Below the pieces are notes generated by a model. That model searched no databases. It saw only the letters and a program-made list of their open reading frames with translations, and had not been told where the DNA came from. DNA of 63,190 nt from contig JBNGIO010006298.1 in assembly GCA_049999805.1 (NCBI GenBank), positions 294,309 to 357,498 on the forward strand, read 5' to 3'. The position numbers and the translations under genes were made by a program. This document shows, piece by piece, positions 18,659 to 31,750 of this stretch (its first letter is position 1; each line of letters begins with the position of its first letter). Origin of the DNA: Folioceros fuciformis (lineage: Eukaryota).

Positions 18659-21154
18659 TCAAACTGAAGGCCTCCGAACTTGGCGCCACTGCAGGGACCT
18701 TCGCCATCTGTGACCACGACTGGACAAACGATACACAATAACACCCAATGCGAGGCCCCACAGAATGACCATAGTGATGAAAAACTGGTGCATTGCTAAT
18801 CCAGCTTCGTTCCGCCTGTGGACAGTCTGACCGATGCCTGCATCTATTCCAGCCCACATTCGGAAAGGCCTACCATCACTCTCCTGTCCTCCAAACTTAA
18901 AGGCCTCCGAGTCGGACCAGTCACTGTGCCTGGCTTGTGCCCACACCCTTCCAGGCATGCCCTTCAGAGCGGAGGGCAAGTTCAAGATGAGTGTGATGAA
19001 AGCCTCCGACCAGTTTGAAACCACGCGCTGCAAGGCACAACACAGCTGAGGTCACACAATTCACATACGGTGACTAAACTCCAAGACAGGACGAAGGAAC
19101 CCCTTCCACAAACCTCGAAATGGCTCATTGAAATTGGGTTGAACATACGGAAACACTCCTCGTTGGATGCTGTAGAGTCTCCATATATCTGCAGCAAGGG
19201 AAGAGAAGCGGAGAAGAGCTGTGATCCATCTTTGCTCTGAACAAGCTAAAAGGGTGCACAAGTTGAAAAGTGAATGCCCCACCTCGAATGTGAAAGCCAA
19301 CGGCACCCTCAACCCGTCAAACATAAAGTCAGTTGCCGTTCCATGTGCCAAGTAGCTGTAGTCATACAAAGATGCGCATGGTGGAGTCAACCTCTGAAAC
19401 AAGACGGCCATCCTCATGCCTGGTGATGGAGAGACTTACCCCACTGCCCCGCCACCTGAGCCCACAATGCAGCTGCTGTTGCAGTGCAAGAGATTAATTG
19501 CCTGGAGAAGCAGCATCATGGGTTCTGCTGACCCATCTTCCGGCATTGTGTTCTTGTGGTCATATGGCATAAACAGAGCCTGCACCAGGAAGAAGAACCA
19601 CATGACAATCGTCACTTTGTACAACCTCTTTTGTGGGAAGACTTTGGCTACCAAATCTGGACTGGACGAGGTTGTACACTGATTACCTCCATTCCGGAAT
19701 GGACATTAACCCAAAGGTGAGGTTTGAATTTCTCAGCAAGCCCTCTCAAGATCTTAGTTTCTGGCTCACTAAAAGGTGCAGTCCCGGGATACTCCTCTGC
19801 TGGATCGTAATCCTTCAGTCCCACAACAGAACATTTAGGATCACCGGGACTGACATATTTTCCTATTGCGTTGTCCTCGAGTGCCGAGCACGTACCTTCT
19901 CTCTCTTGCCCCAGTCGAGTCCCCAGTTTCGGTTAGTGTCAACACCCCTGCCTGGCATGGAAAGTGGGATGTGATTCACAGACGAAGTTATCTTTACTTT
20001 ACTTGGACAAAAAAGCTGATCAGGCAACTGACGGGAATTTCAACACATTCACTAACCATTTTTCCTTTCGCAGAAGTATCCTGCTTCAACTTTCTTCCGA
20101 CCACTGACATTCTCCATGGCCACAATCTGGAAAACCCTGTAACTGATCCATCATCAAAGAGATCTGCAATGCAGAGCTAACCTGCTACACAAAGGAGAAG
20201 AATTTAAACAATGACACCATTGCTGTTGTGCTTCACTAAAGACAGAACTTTCCAGATCTATTGCAGAGAAACTGAATGGTCATGGTCCACCTTGATGACT
20301 GAGTTGGACAGAATCCGCTGTAACCTTGGGTTCTCCATAAGGACGGACTTGTGTTCACCCACAAGGGTTCTCATCAGTCGCATAGCAACTTCAGAGGTGA
20401 CAAGTTCCCGCCCATGCTGTCCAAAATCCTGTACTCTCCCACATCAACACCATCACTTGGCAACGCTGTGGCGAAGATAAGAAAAAAAGAACAGAACAGA
20501 TGCTAGCAAAACGCTCACGATTACAGCTACACACCAGAAGAAGGCGCAATTTCTCTGCAGAGCTAGCATTCCTGCCACCGCATTCGACAGTCACAACTCT
20601 TATCTCGGCACGGTAATCATTCGCCGCAGCCTGGAGGTCCTCCACCTGCAAGTCAAACAGACGTCAATGGGAACGTTGGGATCAGGGACAGCTTCAATCC
20701 AGCGCACAGCGATAAGCCAAAGGAAACCTCTTACACTCAGGACAAGAGGATGCCGAAACACAAGTGCTTGGATCTCTGTCAACAGAACATCACTGTCGGC
20801 GTAGTAGTCAGAGGATCTGAAAAAACGTCCCAAGCTAACAATCTTCTGATATGCTGGTACACAAGAATCCGGCAGAGGCACAAACCTTGTACGATACAAA
20901 TCATTCAAGGAGCTCTCCCTGAGATTCACATTAGATTCTGCCTGCTTTGCATTTTCCGAAAGTAGACAATAAAAAAATTAAATTACACCCTCAACATCCA
21001 AGCTGTCCCATCTGTCAAGTAGGAAATCCAGATCCATCACACGAATGCCCCGCTGAGAAAATGCTCCTGGCGAACACACCTGAGAGGAGCCAACAATCCA
21101 GATAACAATTGGGACGTATAGTTGCAGGATGGTGAGAAGCTGCCGCAGTTGCAT
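18659..21154 (-). CDS. M14-family zinc carboxypeptidase with N-terminal signal-like segment and C-terminal transmembrane helix, multi-exon
   Basis: Spliced exons give GQHGRE (HxxE Zn ligands), RKNGRGVDTNRNW, YPGTAPFSEPET, NVHSG, GTATD and FTFEIYG; hydrophobic FITMVILWGLALGVIVY near the C-terminus. The start codon (MQLRQLLTILQLY...) is inferred. Confidence 0.88.
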
Positions 21155-21706
21155 GATTCTATCTACCCTTCGATGTGAGTAAGATCCAAGCACGTTCACA
21201 GCTCAGCCATGTAGGCCACTGCTGCGAAGCAACAACCTTCTCGAACGATCCAAAGACTTCTCATAGTTCCGACTTCCCTCCCGCCGCGACCAGGGTTTGG
21301 TACTTGTGTAATAATTTGTTACGAAAGGCGATACAATACAGTATTTCGCCTAGTCATTTGTAACAACAGTTCCATATCCAATGCCGCCGTCAGCCCCGTT
21401 CCGTTGGAGAGGGTGGTCGGAGATTGATACGCATCGTTTTCCAACTTCCACAAACTCAGGTGACACGGGGGTACCGCGCACCAAGGCTCACTGGCGACAT
21501 TTGGCAGAGGACAGACCTTGCCACTTGGCCAGGTATGCCTTGCATGGCTGCCACCATTTCCGCCTGGCATTTCACGTACAACGCGCATCAAGAGCTAGCT
21601 CACAAGAATTTGAGCGTGGGGGCTCTCAAAAGCCGATCAGAAGCTGAGATGCGACAGCAACCTGCTCGTCTGGTATTGGAGACATCTTCAGTCAACTGAG
21701 AACACC

Positions 21707-24700
21707 ATGCTGCTGAAGTGCAGAGCGGGTCTTACAGGTCATCTGATTTTCCCGACCAGCATTTTGCACCACAACGCTGCTCAGACTGCGAGACTCTGTG
21801 ATCTGAACCAAGCTGCAACGCATCTGCAGTTTCCTCTTTTGAACAGGCTCTCCACCAGCCTCAGGCCGACCGGCGCGATCCGGCTGCTACGCGGAAGCAG
21901 AACTAGAGCGAGGGTCGAGGGGATGGATTCTCCGGCAGGAGCTACGCGTGCTGAGTATCGAGAATCAGAGCCAGTCACGTCCGATGCCGTGAAGAAGCCT
22001 GACAGTGAAGCGAATGGGAACTTGACTTTTCCAGAAGTCGATTACAGCAAGAAGTTTGAGGGAAGCGATTCCGGATCCGGGGCGCAGAGCATGCTGACCA
22101 ATGGAAGAGACTTGGAGGAGGAGGATACGTTGGGGGCCTGGAAGAATGAGATTGCTTTAGCTACCAGTCTGGACACTGAGAAAGTGGAAAGTGAAAGCGA
22201 GGACGTCCTTCAGGCACAAATTGAGAAGCGTTGTGCTGACAACATCCGGATGCTTGTCGTTGATTCCGTAAACAATGCGAATGCGGGCCATCCGGGTCTT
22301 CCCATGGGCCTCGCAGAGGTTGGATACGTCTTGTGGAAAGATGTGATGAAGTACAATCCCGAGAATCCCCGTTGGTTTAATCGAGATAGGTTTGTGCTCA
22401 GCGCTGGTCACGGATGCCTGCTGCAGTACATTTGCCTTCATCTTGCCGGCTACGATCTGCAGGTGCGCGCGCATTCTGTCCTCAAAGTTTCCATGCAGAT
22501 TTGCACACAATGACCCGTGACCAGAGCGTACATCTCAATTGTGCAGGCCGCAGTTGTCACTGATCATATTCTGACTTGCGGATCTGTTGTACCTAAGTAT
22601 GTAGGTGCAGGACCTTAAGCGGCTATGCAAGTTGGATGGGAGAACCCCGGGACACCCGGAAAACGTGACCACTCCTGGAATTGAAGTTACAACAGGTCAG
22701 TCTTGTAATTGCACAGGAAACCGGAGAAATCTCTGGAAGTTGCAAATCCTGTGTCCCTCGTTGTGACGCATTTTAGAATGTTCCAAGTCACAGACTGTGT
22801 GATACGTTTGGCACCAAGTAGGTCCTTTGGGACAGGGAGTGGCGAATGCAGTTGGATTGGCCATTGCAGAGGGGCATCTCGCTGCTCGATTCAACAAGCC
22901 TGACGCCACTGTGGTGGACCATCGAACGTATGGAACCTCCTCCTACCTTTTGAGATAGTTCCTTCTGGTCATCCGACTAATTATTGCCGATAAGAATGTC
23001 GAAACTGAGCGTTCTGTTATGTCTCGCGCTTATCTAGGTATTGCATTATGGGAGATGGTTGTGCCATGGAAGGTATCGCAAATGAGGCAGCTTCTCTAGC
23101 AGGACATTTGAAGCTGCACAAGTTAACGGTCATCTACGACGACAACCATAACACTATTGATGGCGATACAAGTCTCGCCTTTGACGAAGATGTAGGTGTC
23201 CGATTCCGTGCTCTTGGTTGGCACACCATTACGGTCGACAATATCTATGAAGATCTTTCAAGTTTTCGACGAGCAGTTTTAGACGAAGCTGCAGCGGAGA
23301 CAGACAAGCCCACTTTTATTCAGGTTGGGGAAAGCTTATTGGTTTTTTGAATGATCGTCAGCTCCAGCTCTGAGGAATAAGTACCTGCTCTTCTTCCCCA
23401 GTGTTGGTGTTCTGGGCCTTAGAGCCTTTGCTTGTCCAACTTGCAGGTAAAATCCAGCATCGGCAGATTGTCTAAGAAGGAAGGCACTGCAAAAGCTCAC
23501 CATGGTACATTTGATGAGGAGGACGTGAAGAGGATGAAGCAGAAACTTCGGTGGCCTGCAGAGAGAGAGCCGTTTTTTGTCTTGCCCATGGTTTATGAGT
23601 AAGCCGCGCCGCTTGTCTAACTCCGTCCAAAGAAGTTGTGCATTCACGATCGATCAGATATTTTCAGGACTCAAATGTACATCTCATCTAAGATTCGTTC
23701 GGTGTCAATTTCAACAGGAGGTTTAGGGAAACTGGGCGGCGTGGTGCACATTTGGAGCAGGTATGGAAGGAAACAGTGGCAAAATACGAAACTCAGTATC
23801 CGGCGGAAGGAGGAGAATTTCGACTCCTGCTTGATCGCAAGTTGCCCTCGGATTGGGCTCGTGTTCTGCCAGTTAGAACCCTCAACTCTTGAATTTGAAC
23901 TATCATCACTTCTCGCGTTCATGGATCATGGCTGACCTGGACGCTTCACTGAAGTCCTGACTTCTCTTTCTTGTCTGTAGCACTGGTCAGGGGACGAACC
24001 AGAGGATGCCACTCGCAGCTACTCGGACAAATGCTTGAACGCTTTGGCAAAAGTCATTCCGGGATTGATCGGGGGAAGTGCAGACCTTGCAAGCTCCAAC
24101 AAAGTGTACTTCAAAGATATGGACGACTTCTCAGCGACGAGTCCTTGGGGCAGGAACATTCACTACGGAGTTAGGGAGCACACCATGGCAGGGATTTCCA
24201 ACGGCCTTGCCCTCCACCGCTCTGGCCTCATCCCCGTTGCAGCCACTTTCCTCATCTTCTCTGACTACATGAAGAATGCCATCAGGTTATCTTCGTTGAG
24301 CGAAGCTCAGGTGCTGTACATCCTCACCCATGATTCCATCGGGTTGGGAGAAGATGGACCGACTCATCAACCAGTGGAGCAATTGGTGGGACTGAGAGCT
24401 ATCCCAAACATCGTTGTCCTACGGCCTGCAGATGGTAACGAGACGGCAGGGGCGTACAAGGTAGCCATAGCACGCCACCATGGCCCTACAGTTATATCCC
24501 TCTCCAGGCAGAAGGTGCTGGCGAATGTGGCAGGTTCTTCGGTGGAGGGAGTGGAGAAGGGTGGGTACATAGTCAGCGACAATTCTAACGGCCAATCGCC
24601 TGACATTATTCTCATAGGTACTGGCTCCGAACTGTGTCTGTGCGAAGGGGCAGCAGAGAACCTGCGCAAGGAAGGTACTAAAGTGAGAGTAGTGTCCCTG

Positions 24701-24949
24701 GTTTCGTGGGAGCTATTTGACGAGCAAGGGCGGGAGTACAAGGAATGTATCCTACCTCCCAAGGTGCACAGGAGGCTGGCAGTTGAGGCGGGCTCACCCA
24801 TCGGTTGGCGGGAGTACGTAGGACCTCAGGGACATGTGCTGGGGGTGAGGAAATTCGGGGCAAGTGGTGCTTATCTGGATGTCTTCAAAAAGTATGGATT
24901 CACTGTGGAGAATGTTGAAGAAAACGCTCGACTGTTGCTACAACAGTAA
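21707..24949 (+). CDS. TKL: Transketolase with long N-terminal extension, multi-exon
   Basis: [42 protein letters not shown] (TPP motif), GSADL, YGVREH and [18 protein letters not shown]; ends ...ARLLLQQ*. The start could be 21707 or a downstream ATG. Confidence 0.94.
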
Positions 24950-25390
24950 TAGAACCAATTTGTTCTGCGGGGGCTTCTTTAGATCGTCTCCCCAGATGAT
25001 TGCGCCCCCCTGTATCTAAGGAGCGAAGCAGCTACTCTAGAGGTTTCGGCGTAAAAATTCACTTTTACTTCCTCGCAGTTTGAACCCAAAATGCGAGGAT
25101 GTAATAAAGCTGTCCACATACATGGAATTGCACCTTTCAACTGGTGGTCCTTTGTCACTAGTAGTGTAAAGGTACCGAGAAAGCGTAACCGGCGTATCCT
25201 GTTTTCTCTGATATCTCCACCGCAAAAAGGAGAGCACGATTCACGAAGAGTGGCTACATACCTTGGCCTCAACCCCAAGCTCGCGTCCCACATAGCACTA
25301 GGATACGAGAGGAGTGTTGTGATCCCGTTCGTGCTCTCTGATTGTGTTCGCTGCGCAATTATCTGACTTCGTCAACGGCTTTTTACCAGA

Positions 25391-25846
25391 ATGGCAGAGG
25401 TGTGGTGCAAGCGGCCTCTCATCTGATGCTGGATTATGCAATTGTGAAGGGTGGAGATGCATTTGTGCTGGCTGTAGGTCTGACACTCAACCCCCTTTCT
25501 GCGTCTGCAGACTGTGGTGCTGAAGGTCGGGATGTCCTGCCAGGGATGTGTCGGTGCAGTGAAGCGAGTTCTGTCCAAGCTTGAAGGTAAGCCTTTCTGC
25601 CATCTCTAGTAGCTGACTGTAGCTCGCATGCGCTAAGCAACTCGGTGTGCTGACACCGCAGGTGTGGAAACATTTGATATTGACCTAAAGGAGCAGAAGG
25701 TTACTGTGAAAGGAAATGTCACCCCGGATGTTGTGCTCGACAAGGTTTCCAAGACGGGCAAGCCGACTGAACTTTGGCCGCAGCTTCCTGAGCCAGTGGA
25801 AGGGGCTCCGGTGGACGGGGCTCCGACGGAAGCCGTGAAGGCATAG
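25391..25846 (+). CDS. ATX1: Copper chaperone ATX1/CCH (HMA domain), 3 coding exons
   Basis: Spliced product [48 protein letters not shown]...[11 protein letters not shown]...KA*, with the MxCxxC and KTGK motifs. Confidence 0.93.
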
Positions 25847-26209
25847 ATGTGCCCCGCCTCTGCACTCGGTGAATGAAGAGGCTCTGTTCTTTTGTGCCAA
25901 TGTTGAACCGACGCGTATCGAGGTTAGCAAGATGTCAGTGCTGTAAACTATGAGCAGTATGAAAGTGTGGAGGGCACGCGGACGTCGGTTGACGTTCACG
26001 TGTCCTGAATTTCTCCTTTGCAAAGCCCTCCATTGCATCTATATTCCCTCAGCTCCTGGCTCCGTTTGTAGCAGCTTTTTTACTCCTCGATATTGCTGGA
26101 TTCTGCGGAGAAACTAGATTGGTGTCACCCTGTACGATCTCCATCCTTCTGCCACCAAGGAATCCGGGCAGCTTCCCGACAGCTGAGCAACTTCTCCCAA
26201 GAATATGCA

Positions 26210-26371
26210 GAGGCTTGGGGTCTGGCCTCGTTAGTACCTCCTGTTCTCCATCCCCCTCTCTACAGTGCACCATCAGATACGTTTCAGCAGATGTCGAGGC
26301 TCGGGGTCTGGCCTCCTTATTACCTCCTCTTCTCCATCCCTCTCTCTACAGTGCATGATCAGATGCGTTTC
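26210..26371. repeat. 86-bp-period imperfect direct duplication between the convergent ATX1 and SPEF1 3' ends
   Basis: gaggct(t/c)ggggtctggcctc...tacagtgca...atcagat(a/g)cgtttc at 26210 and 26296. Confidence 0.8.
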
Positions 26372-26451
26372 CTGCGGAGCAATGTGCTGTTCCCTTGATC
26401 AGCCGCTGTGAATTACAAAATGTGGGGATTCCAGGAATAGGGCTCTCGTTT

Positions 26452-28199
26452 TCAGGAGCGCCCATTCCCATTCCTTGACTTGCCACTAAGGACTTGAATC
26501 TTGTGCTCCTTCAGGCGTACTAGCTGTTCCAGCTTCATCACCTTAGCCTCCAAGAGCTGAGGGAGGAGAAGAGAAGGACGTCAAGAATCCGGTGGCTGAA
26601 ATCCCTTCGTCCTCAAAGATGTATTACCTCAATAGTTTCTCGTAGTTCGCGGACGGTATTGTCCTTATCATATCCGATTTCATCGCCGCCTGCCCTGTGA
26701 CCATTCTGTGGAAGGCCTCGATGTCAAAAGAGGGGGATCCAAAGCACCGAGCTGTAAGTATGTTCGGCCGTTCGAATCAGAGAAATTAGAGACTCACCAG
26801 AGAACAATTAGAATCCGATGACAAACGTCTGCACATTCAAGAAACATGGTATCATTTTTTTTTTCCCCTCCAATGTACTAACATTACATACAAGGCCCAG
26901 ATGGGGTACTTACTGCTTTGTAGGTGAGCATTTTCTTGGCGAATAACCTACACAAAGGTGTGAAACACATAGTAATAAGATATTTTAAATTATTCTATAT
27001 ATATAATATTTATATTTATATTTATTGGTGGTCTTAAGTTAATCTGATTTCTATTCGTATGGTCGGATAGTTTTCTTATCTTTGTAAATTTCTTTTTATA
27101 ATAAATTACTCATAAAATAGGTAGACAATGCATGTGAATATTATGATTTATAAATAAATTATATTGCACATGCATATGAAAGGTAGGGGCAAACTTACAA
27201 TGTCCATTGGTGCCATTACTATTAATATTGCCATTGTCATTGCCATTGCTATGATGACCATTTCCATTAACGTTACAAAATTCTTCATCCTTATGATCCT
27301 TAGGGTTGTATTTAGCTATCTAGAGAGGACAAAATTTATGTTCACACAAGAGGATGGACTCTAAGCTTAATATTATATACTATCCAAATAAATAACTGAA
27401 AAAATACCTTAAATTTCAGAAGCTTCAAAATCCTTTCTATTACTCCAGGCTCACAATTTGCAACTCCTTCTATCTCCTCTTTGGATAGAGAAATGTGCAA
27501 CCGCTTCAACACTTTTACTGCTCCATTGAACAAGAAACGATCACATAGATTATGTTATAAGTCAAAGAATTAGTAGCTTAATATGAATAAGTAATTAATT
27601 AGGTCAAGATTTCAATACGATTCAAAGTGCTCCAGTTGTATATCTTCTGAGCCAACCCATTCACAGCACTATAATTATGCATATCTATTAAACGAGGGCA
27701 GTAATGTGCCACAACTTCTGCAGCAAGGACTGCATCCAACAAACAAATGTGTTCAATAAATCACAAAAAATATGTGTACTCTACCCTAACAAGTTTTTCA
27801 AGATCAAATTCAAGACAAATTAAAAAAAAAGGATTAAATCAAAGAACAAGGCCTTACCTCCATCGCTGAAATCTCGAGCTATGTTACGTTTTGGCCGTGA
27901 CAACGGTATGCTATCAATCTGCACAAATCAAAGTCTTTGATTGTTCACTTTAATACGATGACCACTCTGTTTAGCTCACTTCTCTTGAAAAATAAAATTC
28001 AAAGTGAATAAAGACACCTTTATACACGTTAGGAATTGAATCATGCATGACATGTCAATGCTAATCATTGCAATCTATACACGTATATAAGATGTGTACC
28101 ATACACATACATTGTTTTGCATTTGATAGAATTAAAAAGTAGTCAAAAGATACAAACCCAAGAATAAAGATGAGGAAGCTCATCTGTTGCAACATCCAT
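26452..28199 (-). CDS. SPEF1: Sperm flagellar protein 1 (SPEF1/CLAMP): CH-like domain plus C-terminal coiled coil, about 9 short exons
   Basis: Manual splicing with all GT-AG junctions in phase: MDVATDELPHLYSW|IDSIPLSRPKRNIARDFSDG|VLAAEVVAHYCPRLIDMHNYSAVNGLAQKIYNWSTLN|LKVLKRLHISLSKEEIEGVANCEPGVIERILKLLKFK|...|DKDNTVRELRETIE|LLEAKVMKLEQLVRLKEHKIQVL...RS*. Confidence 0.92.
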
Positions 28200-29365
28200 A
28201 ATTGTGACCTGAAGCACTTAGCTTCAAACATGCCGTAACAATGAGAATTTTTCTAGCTTTTCAATAGCAAATTTTACTAATTTCTCCTTCCTTATCAAAT
28301 AGCACATCAACCATTTTTCATAAGACCTAGTGCGAGAGCCAATTGAAAAGTAGAGAGAGAGCCAATTGAAAAGTAGAGTAAAACATAAGTAGAACATGAA
28401 GTTGTAGTATTGTTAACTAAGTGAGTAGACTTGTATAGTTCAAGGGGATAATTTATAATGCAATTCTCTACTTTCTTGAAAACCAGTTTGTTTGATGCGC
28501 ACCATGATAAAATAATAGATAAAAATATTACTGTTTTATATATTTATTTTATATTATTATATATATTAATAACTATAAGTAAATATGGATATTTAATATA
28601 ATCATATATATTATTAAATTATCTAATTAATTTGAAGCTTGCTTCTTAGCTACTTAATTGCATTTACTATACATATATGGGTGGTTTGCCAAATACGCCC
28701 ATGTGTATGTTCAATCTATGATGCTCTTACTTAAATGGTTTAGGTTGGTAATTTTAAGTGCCACTAAGTCTTGTTATGTAGTTATTGAAGTAAGTTATTT
28801 TGTTAGAGCATATGAAGTTGCTCTAAAAATCATCCATACTCTTGTAACAAATTCATGTAGCTAAACTTAGTAATGTGTACCCTCTTCTTGATTCAAATCT
28901 TAGTACCCTCGTCTTCATTCAAAACTTACTACCCTCCTCTTCAATCAAAAAGCATAATGTGTCTTTATTGATGTACATATCTTAAATTTCATATGGAGTT
29001 GAGATGTAGTGATCTTAGAAGTATTTGCTGTTTGCAAGCCTTGTCAAATGTTGAATCATGTGTATCAGGTCTTAGTTACGATTAGCATATGTGTTACCGT
29101 ATACAAGGTTAGTTCATTTCTACATATTATTCATTCTTAATGTTATTAGTTAATGAATATTTTATTAAAAATATTTAAAATATAAATATATATTGTACCT
29201 GCAAATATAGGAGGCATTGAATCTTGAAGTTTTTGAAAACCTAAACCTTAATTAAACCCTAGATACCATTCTTAAGAAACTTCAGACCCTAAACCCTTAT
29301 GAGGAAGAATGGAATCAGTCAACTCAAATACTAATAAATCACAAAGAACTAACCCTCACCAAAGT

Positions 29366-29465
29366 NNNNNNNNNNNNNNNNNNNNNNNNNNNNNNNNNNN
29401 NNNNNNNNNNNNNNNNNNNNNNNNNNNNNNNNNNNNNNNNNNNNNNNNNNNNNNNNNNNNNNNNN
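29366..29465. other. Assembly gap (100 N); further gaps at 30612-30711, 34170-34269 and 36849-36858
   Basis: Runs of n in the sequence. Confidence 1.
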
Positions 29466-30611
29466 ACCAAAGTAACAACTCAAATACTAATAAATCACAA
29501 AGAACTAACCCTCACCAAAGTAACGTTGGAAGAGAGCACCAAACTAATCCCCATGGGAATACTTTAAATCACTTTGCAGAGTAACCATCATGGGAGGGCT
29601 TGAAATCACAAGGGACTTACCTCCATGGAGGTCAGCAAATTATGAAGGACTAACCCTTAGAGAAGAGAAGATAGCATATAGGAAGGGCTAATCCCCACAA
29701 TGGAAGCACATTTGCAAGAATTCCCTTATTAAGCATCTACACATGGATTGATACTCATAGCGTCCCTAAAGGAAGGATGTCCTTCAAGAAAGTAGCTAGG
29801 TTCACCAAGGTAAAAGTTGCTAAGTACCAAGTAAATGACTGAAATTTGTTGATAATGAACTTCATCATCTTGCAACCCCCATCCCAAAGCACCAAATCAT
29901 GAGTTAGGGCTCTATGGTATGAGGACCCTGCATAGCTTAGAACGAAGAATAAAACTTTGGATGTGTTTGAGTTATCAACATCATGTTATGAGCTAACAAA
30001 ATAGAGTAAGATTTAAGAGGACTGGAGATGTTTGGGGATGTGAACAACACTCCTTGATTGGCTATGAGTTTTATAAGACCTGGAGATGCCTAGAGGCAAC
30101 ACTCCTTGATTGGCTATGATTTGTATAAGAGCCAAAGATGCTTAGAGGGCAAGTTCACGACCCATCTCTCATTGTTACAATGTCTCTATGGGTCATGAAG
30201 GGTTAAGTGATTGATTCCCATGGTGTCTTTTAACTAAGAGATCTTTAGTTTCAATCATTTTCATGCATTCAAGCGATTAGCTTAATGGAGTTATTCTCAT
30301 GCTCCTTTCATCCAAGGTTTATGACATGTGTGCTTGCTAGGTCTTTGTGAAATGTGTGTTCATTAGCTCTTGGGCCCTCTTGGTAAGGGAAGGGTGATGA
30401 ACACTTAACCCACTCTACTCTACCTTGAGTACCTCAATAGAGCCAACATTTACATCTAGTTATGTCCTCATTACATAATCAAGCTATTACAATTAGTGAA
30501 GTAACGAGCTAGGCAAGATTCATTGGACAGAAGTAGGATCCTGCAAGGAGCCAACTCAGCCAACCCCACCAATCATTTCGACCCGTTTGAGACTACACCC
30601 CCGTTCAGTAC
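29466..30611. mobile_element. Gap-bounded repetitive fragment, possibly the 3' part of an LTR element
   Basis: Short actaaccc-type repeats; duplicated caacactccttgattggctatga block (~30045-30125); purine tract aagggaaggg followed by TG near 30385-30396; no intact ORF. Confidence 0.3.
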
Positions 30612-31057
30612 NNNNNNNNNNNNNNNNNNNNNNNNNNNNNNNNNNNNNNNNNNNNNNNNNNNNNNNNNNNNNNNNNNNNNNNNNNNNNNNNNNNNNNNNN
30701 NNNNNNNNNNNGTTCGTGCATATTGTATCGTATCCATATTGCTGGAGAAAGAATTACGATCCCTTTTAACCTTAAAGTCTACTTTCCCATCTGCCTTTGT
30801 CGTCCATCTTGGCAGGCAAAGTCCTTCGCTATCAAGTATACAAAGCTTCGCAGCTGATGAGTTCTGCTTACTCTATGTACAAGCTCTCCCATTTTGTTGA
30901 TGTCCGAATCCACACCCCTCCAAAGACACAAATTGAGCAACCACGAAAACTTCCAATTTGCTTGGAGAGAGGTGCAGCCTACCACGTGCAGCCTTTATTC
31001 AAATAATGAACCTAATGATCATAGAGCTGGGCTTGTCAGGAGAACGTTGCCATCTTC

Positions 31058-31750
31058 TCAGACAGGAAGTCCACCTCTCTGACACAGCAAGGAAAGTTCT
31101 GAGTTAGAAGATCTTACTGAACAAGGACAGGCCTTCAACCTGGGTGGCCTAATGGTGGCTCTGGACAAGAATACTCTCTATGGAGAGTAGAGTGACAGGA
31201 AGAAACTGAAAGCTTGCCTTTCTCAGGACCGGATACCTCACCTGCATCACTTGCTCCCGGCCAGCAGACATTCGACCATTTCCAGATGTTTGGCTCTGCA
31301 GCTTCTTTCTTTCAGCAGCCTACTCACAATGAATATCCAGAGTCACAACTGGAACATGGCTCCTCCCTCCCTCCATATCAAACCAACTTGAGAGTGAAAA
31401 GTGAGGGGAGAATTTGCAGCACAGCTTACAATAGCTCGCTCTTGCAAGTATGCGTCCATGGCCCACTGAAATTTTGAATTATTCATGCCAAACCACCCGG
31501 CCAACCTCCCCTCGACATTCTCCGCCACTGGAGACGAGTCAACATGGTACCAATCAGCATCGGCGTTCGCGAAGTTGAGGTCCCAAGAGAAATTCCCGAA
31601 GGCATACTCACCTCTGGTGATAGCTGAGATAGAGGACGACCAAAAACTTGCCGCAGGCTTGCTCACCGTATCATCCTGAGACATGTCAACCATGAGATGA
31701 AATTCCGACGGAGACGAAGAAATATCGGCGGCCGTGTCCTCCGAGGCCAT
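31058..31750 (-). CDS. Small 4-exon gene (~111 aa), FAM177-like; exons 31750-31612, 31527-31430, 31319-31242, 31078-31058
   Basis: In-phase GT-AG junctions (G|GTGAGT, ATT|GTAAGC, CAG|GTGAGG). The core VEGRLAGWFGMNNSKFQWAMDAYLQER resembles the FAM177 motif (GExxAxxFGIxxxKYQYAIDEY). The last exon is uncertain. Confidence 0.65.

Noticed and set aside
29319-29521. Identical sequence on both sides of the 100-N gap (also around 36849-36858)
   Set aside because: It may be a scaffolding overlap artefact rather than a real duplication.
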